A stretch of DNA of 64,000 bases from an uncultured Lentimicrobiaceae bacterium. GTDB taxonomy: Bacteria; Bacteroidota; Bacteroidia; Bacteroidales; F082. This document shows, in pieces, positions 17,265 through 23,901 of the stretch (within the stretch, counting starts at the first letter, position 1; each line of letters begins with the position of its first letter). The notes beneath the pieces were generated by a model. That model saw only the letters and a program-made list of their open reading frames with translations. It did no database searches and was not told where the DNA came from. The DNA is taken from the NCBI GenBank assembly GCA_964509065.1, contig CAZDWA010000002.1, forward strand, positions 19,049 through 83,048, read 5' to 3'. The position numbers and the translations under genes were made by a program.

Positions 17265-19853
17265 ATGAAGCGTTTACTGCTAATTCTGCTATTTCTTCCC
17301 TTATTGGGCTACGCACAACTGTTTGAGGATTTTTCCGACGGCAACTTCACTCATAATCCGGTTTGGTCCGGCACTACAGAAAACTATATCATCAATGTAG
17401 CTTTGCAATTACAACTGAATGCTTCGGAGGCGGGCAACTCATGGCTTAGTACGCCATACACTAATCCGGGAGGAAATGTTGAATGGAACTTTTGGATACG
17501 ACTGGCTTTTGCGCCTTCGGCAAATAACCTGAGCGAAGTATATTTGATTAGTGATCAAGCTGATTTAACTTCTGCGCTGAACGGCTATTTTTTACGTTTT
17601 GGAGAAGCCGGCTCGGCGGATGCCATTGAATTATACCGAAAAGAAGCAACGCAAGTAACCAGAATATTTAGAGGAGAAGACGGATTGATTGCCGGCTCAT
17701 TCCAGCTGTTTGTAAAAGTGATACGTACCGAAAGTGGCGGATGGTCGTTATTTGTGGACCCGAGCGGAAGCGGAATTTATTCTTTGCAAGCGTCGGGAAT
17801 AGATAATAGTTTTGAGCCGGGAGGATATTTCGGGTTTTATGGTAAATATACCGTGAGCAACAGCACAAGAATGTATTATGATGATATTCGTATCGATACG
17901 GAATACCAAGATACCGAACCGCCATTTTTACTAAGTGCCCAGGCCACAGATCCTTTCAGCATTCATCTGGTATTTAACGAAGGCATTACCGAAACTTCTT
18001 TGTTTAACAAGCAAAATTATCATATCGATAATAATATTGGAAGACCCATGGAAGTAGTGGCAGGAATGTCGGCAGCACAAGCTGTATTACAACTTTCGAG
18101 CCCATTAGATAATGGTCAGATGTACACTTTGACAATTAAAAACTTGGAAGACTTTGCCGGAAACATCATGGAAGATACTTCCGTCAACATAAGTTATTAT
18201 GAAGCACAATATGCTGATGTGGTTATCAACGAAATAATGGCTGACCCAAGCCCGCCGGTGGCACTTCCGGATTGGGAATATATTGAACTCTACAATACAA
18301 CAAATATCCCCATCAGTCTTGATGGCTGGAAACTGATGATAGGCAATACCGAGAAAATTATTGGTGCAATACAAATCGAGCCGGAAGCTTATTTATTGCT
18401 TGCACATGAAAATGCAGCTCCTGAGTTAACTGAATATGGTCCATTTTATGGATTTAGTAGTTTTCAACTGGCAAACAGTGGTGCTTCGCTACGTTTAATT
18501 GCAAAGCAGGGACAAGTAATTTCCTCGGTCAGCTATACAGACAAATGGTATAATGACAATAACAAAAAGGACGGGGGCTGGTCCATAGAGCAAAAAGACC
18601 CCGGCAATCCTTGTGGCGGACGCAACAACTGGACAGCATCTGAAGACAGCCGTGGCGGGACACCGGGGAAAATAAATTCGGTATATGAAATATCTAGTAC
18701 GGGAGCTCGTGCAGAGCGACATAAACTAATCGGCAATCAAATTATTCAACTGTGGTTCGACCAACAAATGGATGCCGTGAGCATGGGAAACAAAGCGCAT
18801 TATGAACTTATTCCGGGAGTCAGTAAAGTATTGGAAGCCACGCTGAACCCGGCTGAACCTGATTTTGTAGAGCTGCGATTTGACAAAGCTTTCAGCAGTG
18901 GATTAATTTATCAATTACATATTTCGGAGGCAGTGCTAAACTGCGTGGGGCGTCCCGTAGAGCCAAATAGTTTTATCGAATTCGGCATACCTGATGTGGC
19001 CGTAGAAGGCGATATCGTCATTAATGAGATATTATTTAACCCTTTTGCTGACGGAGCCGATTTTGTTGAATTGTACAACCGCAGTGATAAAATCATCAAT
19101 TTGGAAGAGCTGCGCTTAGGTGCTGTTAGGCAAAGCATTCCAAATCCGCCTGATACCGTATTACGTGAGATAAGTCAGACAACTCGCTTGATAATGCCCG
19201 GCACCTATGTATTATTAAGTGCCGATACTGCCGCAGTAACACGACATTACCAAGCCCCATCCAAAGAAAATTATATTGAAATGGAAAGTTTTCCGTCATA
19301 TCCCAACGAAGAAGGGACGGCTATATTGACTTTGCGCAATCGTTCGGTATTGGATGTATTCAGCTATCATGAAAAAATGCATTTCCCGCTATTAAATTAT
19401 GTAAAAGGTGTTTCGTTGGAACGTATTTCCCCCGACAGGCCTTCCGATGAGTCTGAAAACTGGCATTCTGCTGCGGAAACGGTTGGTTTTGCAAGCCCGG
19501 GCTATCAAAATTCGATGTTTGTTCAAGATATTCCTTCAAACGATATACTGGAAATAGATCCGGAGATATTTTCTCCCGACGGGGACGGATACAATGATGT
19601 AACAAGCATACGCTATCGCTTTGATGAAGCCGGTTACACCCTAAATATATTCATTTACAATGCATCAGGATTACGTGTGCGGCACCTTACAAAAAGCATG
19701 TTGGCAGCACAAGAAGGTGCAATCAGCTGGGACGGCTTGGATGACCGCCACCAACGATTACCCACCGGGATTTATATCGTACATGCTGAGATATTTAAAG
19801 AAGACGGCACCGTAAAAAATCTTAAAAAAGCAGTGGTTATTGCAAGTCGATAA
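17265..19853 (+). CDS. protein with two lamin-tail domains (LTD) and a T9SS type-B (CHU_C-like) C-terminal sorting domain
   Basis: 862-aa ORF with a signal peptide. The two LTD motifs are VVINEIMADPSP...EYIELYNTTNIPISLDGWKL and IVINEILFNPFADGADFVELYNRSDKIINL. The C-terminus (IFSPDGDGYNDV...ISWDGLDD...PTGIYIVHAEI) matches the gliding-motility type-B C-terminal domain (CTD) pattern. Confidence 0.7.
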   Translation: MKRLLLILLFLPLLGYAQLFEDFSDGNFTHNPVWSGTTENYIINVALQLQLNASEAGNSWLSTPYTNPGGNVEWNFWIRLAFAPSANNLSEVYLISDQADLTSALNGYFLRFGEAGSADAIELYRKEATQVTRIFRGEDGLIAGSFQLFVKVIRTESGGWSLFVDPSGSGIYSLQASGIDNSFEPGGYFGFYGKYTVSNSTRMYYDDIRIDTEYQDTEPPFLLSAQATDPFSIHLVFNEGITETSLFNKQNYHIDNNIGRPMEVVAGMSAAQAVLQLSSPLDNGQMYTLTIKNLEDFAGNIMEDTSVNISYYEAQYADVVINEIMADPSPPVALPDWEYIELYNTTNIPISLDGWKLMIGNTEKIIGAIQIEPEAYLLLAHENAAPELTEYGPFYGFSSFQLANSGASLRLIAKQGQVISSVSYTDKWYNDNNKKDGGWSIEQKDPGNPCGGRNNWTASEDSRGGTPGKINSVYEISSTGARAERHKLIGNQIIQLWFDQQMDAVSMGNKAHYELIPGVSKVLEATLNPAEPDFVELRFDKAFSSGLIYQLHISEAVLNCVGRPVEPNSFIEFGIPDVAVEGDIVINEILFNPFADGADFVELYNRSDKIINLEELRLGAVRQSIPNPPDTVLREISQTTRLIMPGTYVLLSADTAAVTRHYQAPSKENYIEMESFPSYPNEEGTAILTLRNRSVLDVFSYHEKMHFPLLNYVKGVSLERISPDRPSDESENWHSAAETVGFASPGYQNSMFVQDIPSNDILEIDPEIFSPDGDGYNDVTSIRYRFDEAGYTLNIFIYNASGLRVRHLTKSMLAAQEGAISWDGLDDRHQRLPTGIYIVHAEIFKEDGTVKNLKKAVVIASR

Positions 19854-19930
19854 GGATTTATTAGCTAAACACTTGCTTTTTAATCCTATTTAATTGTAAT
19901 TTTGATAAAACAAATTTAATGAAATAGCTT

Positions 19931-20476
19931 ATGAAATCATTTTACCGAATTATATTACTGGTTTTTGTTGTAGGATTTATTACTACATCTTGTGAAAAAG
20001 TTGTCAGCTTGGCGGATGTGAAATTCGATAGCACTTTCAAAACGGATTTGGACTTCGACTTTTCCACCAACAACTTGAAAACAAGCACCAATGGCACTTT
20101 TTTCGTGGAAGCAGAAATTGACCCTGCCTTGGATGAAGAATATGAAAAATACTTTGACAAGATTAAGGAAATCAATATTAAAAGTGCTCGAATTGAGGTG
20201 ATTTCAATCGATCCTTCCGTTGTAAATCTACTTCGCGCACATTTGTTTTTCAAAGCTGAAGGGCACGAAGCTATAGATTGGAAGTTCGAAAACATCGAAT
20301 TTTCTGAGGGAGCCTATTTGGAATTAGGTGAAAATAAATGGCCCGATATCTTGGCTATTTTAAAAGAAAAGCTTCCTTTTAAAGTAACTCTATCCGGAGT
20401 TACAGATGTAGATGAAGGCAGCTGTAAAGCAAGACTTATTTTGACTGCCGGAATAGTAGCCAATCCATTAGAATAA
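19931..20476 (+). CDS. hypothetical lipoprotein
   Basis: 181-aa ORF. It has a signal peptide with a lipobox-like ITTSC. I recognise no family. Confidence 0.5.
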   Translation: MKSFYRIILLVFVVGFITTSCEKVVSLADVKFDSTFKTDLDFDFSTNNLKTSTNGTFFVEAEIDPALDEEYEKYFDKIKEINIKSARIEVISIDPSVVNLLRAHLFFKAEGHEAIDWKFENIEFSEGAYLELGENKWPDILAILKEKLPFKVTLSGVTDVDEGSCKARLILTAGIVANPLE

Positions 20477-20480
20477 AAAA

Positions 20481-20498
20481 AGTCCGGCTTGCCGGACT
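20481..20498. terminator. bidirectional hairpin terminator between convergent genes
   Basis: AGTCCGG (20481-20487), loop CTTG, then CCGGACT (20492-20498). An A-run precedes it and a T-run follows, so it is flanked by U-tracts on both strands. Confidence 0.6.
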
Positions 20499-20530
20499 TT
20501 AGACTGAATTTATAAAAAGCTGAAACCCTT

Positions 20531-20887
20531 TTATGCGGTTTCTACAGCTTGCGTATTAGGATAAAAAACCAAAAAGTCACTCGCTTGTATTTCTACGGTA
20601 TAGCGTTTATTGCCATCTTTGTCTTCCCAGCTGTTGCTGGTAATTTTTCCGGTCACTGCCAGCTGCTGACCTTTTTTCACTACCTTTTCTATACGCTCGG
20701 CAAGCTTGCCAAAAGCTACAATACGGTGCCAGGTGGTTTCATCCACGCGCTCGCCCTTATCATTATAATAATACTCATTCGTTGCGAGCGTAAAGCGTGC
20801 CAGCTGGCGATCTTTAGAAATAGTTCTTACTTCAGGGTCAATGCCTGCGCGTCCAATTAATTGTACAGAATTTCTCATTGTTGTCAT
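20531..20887 (-). CDS. ssb: single-stranded DNA-binding protein, short form without the acidic C-terminal tip
   Basis: 118-aa ORF. The OB-fold pattern is NSVQLIGRAGIDPEVR...RFTLATNE...ETTWHRIVAFGKLAE...KGQQLAVTGKITSNSWEDKDGNKRYTVEI. It ends ...NTQAVETA with no D-D-D-I/L-P-F type tail. The start may be the internal MRNS. Confidence 0.8.
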   Translation of the reverse strand: MTTMRNSVQLIGRAGIDPEVRTISKDRQLARFTLATNEYYYNDKGERVDETTWHRIVAFGKLAERIEKVVKKGQQLAVTGKITSNSWEDKDGNKRYTVEIQASDFLVFYPNTQAVETA

Positions 20888-21045
20888 GATTACAAGTGTT
20901 TAGTTAATAAATGGGTGAACAATCAATGATGCAAAACTACATCCGGCAGTAGCATGTAGTCGTATCACGAATAAGTAGATACGTATATAAGTGTTGTTAT
21001 ACGGTTAGGAACGGGTATATGGTTGATTTACTATATATTAAATAA

Positions 21046-21174
21046 TATAGGGTTGACAATGAAAAACAAAGAATTTAAACCATGCCAATCTCCGTTCACG
21101 CACACCACGGCTTGGTAGACGGCTACCATGTGGGACTGTTTATATCGCACTTTCAAGAGTTGATGAATGGGTAG
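21046..21174 (+). pseudogene. relic of the 3' end of a type-A chloramphenicol O-acetyltransferase (CAT) gene
   Basis: Hand translation of 21082-21174 is MPISVHAHHGLVDGYHVGLFISHFQELMNG*. This matches the conserved CAT C-terminus (..P.S.QVHHA..DG.H...), including the catalytic His region. An in-frame TAA lies just upstream and the first ~180 codons are absent. Confidence 0.6.
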
Positions 21175-21191
21175 GTGGTGGGAATTATGAA

Positions 21192-21665
21192 TTATTTAAT
21201 CAGCAATGTTGATTTTGCAGAAAGAGCTTGTTCAACTTTTTTCAGGCCGTAAAATTGAGTAATCTCTTCTTTTTCTTCTTTGTTTCCTCTCTCAAAGACT
21301 CTTTTGATGATAGAATTGGCATAGCTTTCCCAATCTAATTTTTCAACATCAGTATCCCAGAATAATGATTTTCTAATTTTTCGTAAATCAGGAGTTCTTC
21401 TTGGGAGTTTTAACTTTTCTCTTTCAATATTAAAATAAGCCTGTAATAATACTAACTCACCCTCATTTAATCCGAGTTCTTTTTCAATCTTTAAAGCCAA
21501 AGAAGTAGGCAAATTTCGTTTGCCTTTTATAATTGCATTAAATGTTTGAGGGAATTCACCCACCGCCATTGAAAATGGTCGCTGTTTTAGCCCTCTTTTC
21601 AACAGTTCTCTCCCAAGAACAATTCCCGGATGAATGCCTTTATATTTCTTACTTAAAGATTTCAT
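21192..21665 (-). CDS. XRE/HigA-like HTH protein (antitoxin-like) with a C-terminal extension
   Basis: The track ORF is 21192..21767. I prefer the internal ATG at 21665 (MKSLSKKYKGIHPGIVLGRELLKRGLKQRPFSMAVGEFPQTFNAIIKGKRNLPTSLALKIEKELG), which is typical of HigA/VapI-type HTH proteins. A 9-bp palindrome sits just upstream. Confidence 0.7.
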   Translation of the reverse strand: MKSLSKKYKGIHPGIVLGRELLKRGLKQRPFSMAVGEFPQTFNAIIKGKRNLPTSLALKIEKELGLNEGELVLLQAYFNIEREKLKLPRRTPDLRKIRKSLFWDTDVEKLDWESYANSIIKRVFERGNKEEKEEITQFYGLKKVEQALSAKSTLLIK

Positions 21666-21672
21666 TTTGCAA

Positions 21673-21694
21673 ATATAAGCATTTTTGCTTATAT
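21673..21694. promoter_or_regulatory. perfect 9-bp inverted repeat immediately upstream of the HTH gene start (candidate autoregulatory operator)
   Basis: ATATAAGCA (21673-21681), loop TTTT, then TGCTTATAT (21686-21694). It lies 8 nt from the preferred ATG at 21665. Confidence 0.4.
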
Positions 21695-21797
21695 ATTGAA
21701 ATTTTAATTGATTTTGTCCATCACACTCAAGTTTTTCTTTTAGCGCTAAATGCCTGGTTATGTTCATTAATTTTTAAAACATAGATTAGATTAATCT

Positions 21798-21873
21798 ACT
21801 ATTCTAGTTTTTAGTCAAAAAGTAGAATAATAATGCTCACTATTCTATTTTTCTTGAATAAATTAGAATAGTG
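21798..21873. promoter_or_regulatory. two tandem copies of an inverted-repeat site, ACTATTCTA-N16-TAGAATAGT
   Basis: Site 1 is ACTATTCTA (21798-21806), a 16-nt spacer, then TAGAATA (21823-21829, 8/9 match). Site 2 is CACTATTCTA (21838-21847), a 16-nt spacer, then TAGAATAGTG (21864-21873, perfect 10 bp). The two sites are 40 bp apart. Confidence 0.45.
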
Positions 21874-22032
21874 AAGAAAGAACTTTCAGCCCTACCCCAA
21901 CACCCCCCTTCTTATCAGCTTTATCCGGACTTTGTGCTTAATCTGACAGCAGTTTTCTACACATAAAAGACTTATACCCGGAAACATCTTTAGTTCAATA
22001 AGTTATGATAAGATTAAAAATAAATTCATCTA

Positions 22033-22063
22033 TTGACTTTATATGTTTCTCATCGTATATTTG
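22033..22063 (+). promoter_or_regulatory. putative Bacteroidota-type promoter for the 22081 operon
   Basis: TATATTTG at 22056-22063 fits the TAnnTTTG -7 element. A TTG lies at 22033-22035, about 21 nt upstream. The ATG at 22081 follows 18 nt after the motif. Confidence 0.35.
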
Positions 22064-22080
22064 TTGAATAATATGTAGCC

Positions 22081-23901
22081 ATGCCACCAAAACCAAAAAA
22101 AACAAAGAAAGCTGGCAATGAAACTGTATTGTTTCGTTTAAAATACAGAAATACAGCAAACAAGTGTTTGATTGCCGTCCTTCAAAAACCGATTGTAGTC
22201 GCCAACCAGCAAAATCGGATACCTAATTTTTTATCAATTATCATAGCCACAGGCTTAGTGGTTTTTTGTTCCTTTCTAGGCTTTAGCCAAGATTTGGGAA
22301 GCATAGCACAACAAAAGCCTTTCAAAATCAGAGGAAACATTGGCACGAATTTCATCGGCTATGGGTCCAACGCAATTGATAACCAAATGCAGCCTTTTTC
22401 GGCTCTACTTGCTTCCAATGCCACTGCGTATGTGTACGGCATGGCGATTCCGTTTTCAGTTCGCCTACACAACCGAAATCTGGATTATAGCCAGCCATTC
22501 AATCAAGTTGGGCTGAGCCCTTCCTATAAATGGGCAACTGCTCATATCGGATATAGCAGTGTTAATTTCAGTAATTTCACCTTATCGGGGCATCGTTTTC
22601 TTGGGGGCGGTGTGGAGCTTAAGCCCGGAAAATTTCGATTCGGCTTGATTTATGGAAGGTTCAAAAAGGCTACTACTGCATTTCAACATGCAGTTGATAC
22701 GGCACAAAGCCTGACGCGGAGAGGATTTGGAGCAAAAATAGGAATTGGCTCGGAGCAGACTTATGTGGACCTGGTTGTACTAAAAATAAAAGACGACAGC
22801 AGCAGTGTGATTGACCCGCTTTCTCCGGCCTACCTGCCATCCGAGGAAAATCTTGTGACAGGCATCAATACGCGCATCAAGCTGTCAAAAAGCCTGAGCT
22901 TTGAGTCGGAAGCGGCAGCCAGTATTTACACCACCGACATAAAGGCTATGGGTTTTGAGGGGGGCGATCAAGATGAGTTGCTTGAAACAATCAACAAGAT
23001 TATCAAGCTGAATTTATCCACTGAACTGCTTACTGCAGTCCGGGCTTCGCTCAATCTGCGCTTGGGAAAGGTGAATACCAAAATGGAATACCGCCGTATT
23101 GACCCCGGATACCGCTCAATGGGTGCCTATTTCATGAACAACGACTTAGAAAATTTGACTATCAGCCCTTCCGTGAGTTTGTTCAAACGCAAACTAAATC
23201 TGAGAGGAAGCATTGGCGTGCAACACGATAATTTACGCAATGTGAAACGTGCTACTTCCCTGCGCACCATTTCGGCCATTCATGCTTCTGTGAACCCTTG
23301 GCCTGTTTTCGGGCTTGATGTAAGTTACAGCAATTACAGTTCAAACCAGCGCCCGGGAAGGGTGCCGCTGATTGACTCACTGAAATTGTATCAGGCGACA
23401 AGCAATTTAAATATCACACCCCGGCTGATGTTCAACGGACAAAAATACAACCATATGGTAATGTTGGTGCTGAGTAATATGGGCTTGCGCGACTTCAACG
23501 ATTACACCCGAAGACATAATGAGAATAAGGCTTTGATTGCCAATCTTACCTACAGCCTCAATCTGGTGAAGCTGAAAGCCAATCTGATGGCAGGAGCGAA
23601 TTACAACCGACTCGAAAACTATCTAACGACCACCACAGCAAGCGGAATCATGGTCGGTGCTTCGAAAAATCTATTGAATGACAGAATAAATCTGGGATTC
23701 AACCATGCTTTTATCAGAATGAGCTACCAAGAGGGCAATGGCAGCACACACAACACCACCCTTACTTCATCCTATGCCCTAGCAAAACAGCATGCCATGC
23801 GGCTGAATGTATATTTTATCAATGCAAATTATCCGGACAAAGAACTTTTACCGGCTTTTAATGAAATTAAAGGAGACCTGAGCTATGTCTACACTTTTTA
23901 A
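22081..23901 (+). CDS. predicted outer-membrane beta-barrel (porin-like) protein, family not recognised
   Basis: 606-aa ORF. Alternating hydrophobic/polar strand patterns run through the whole length, with many G/Y/N/S turns. It ends GDLSYVYTF (terminal aromatic, OMP beta-signal-like). The hydrophobic signal-like segment (FLSIIIATGLVVFCSFLGFSQ) is preceded by an unusual ~50-aa basic extension. Confidence 0.55.
   Translation: MPPKPKKTKKAGNETVLFRLKYRNTANKCLIAVLQKPIVVANQQNRIPNFLSIIIATGLVVFCSFLGFSQDLGSIAQQKPFKIRGNIGTNFIGYGSNAIDNQMQPFSALLASNATAYVYGMAIPFSVRLHNRNLDYSQPFNQVGLSPSYKWATAHIGYSSVNFSNFTLSGHRFLGGGVELKPGKFRFGLIYGRFKKATTAFQHAVDTAQSLTRRGFGAKIGIGSEQTYVDLVVLKIKDDSSSVIDPLSPAYLPSEENLVTGINTRIKLSKSLSFESEAAASIYTTDIKAMGFEGGDQDELLETINKIIKLNLSTELLTAVRASLNLRLGKVNTKMEYRRIDPGYRSMGAYFMNNDLENLTISPSVSLFKRKLNLRGSIGVQHDNLRNVKRATSLRTISAIHASVNPWPVFGLDVSYSNYSSNQRPGRVPLIDSLKLYQATSNLNITPRLMFNGQKYNHMVMLVLSNMGLRDFNDYTRRHNENKALIANLTYSLNLVKLKANLMAGANYNRLENYLTTTTASGIMVGASKNLLNDRINLGFNHAFIRMSYQEGNGSTHNTTLTSSYALAKQHAMRLNVYFINANYPDKELLPAFNEIKGDLSYVYTF

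Noticed and set aside
21666-21767. The N-terminal 34-aa extension of the HTH ORF (MNITRHLALKEKLECDGQNQLKFQYISKNAYICK).
   Set aside because: The HigA-like homology begins at the internal Met (21665). The extension also overlaps the palindromic operator-like site, so it is probably untranslated.
21900-21925. A C-rich tract (CCCTACCCCAACACCCCCC) in an otherwise AT-rich spacer, considered as a tRNA fragment or att site.
   Set aside because: It does not resemble a tRNA 3' end (no GGTTCGAATCC-like T-arm), and no matching repeat occurs elsewhere in the window.
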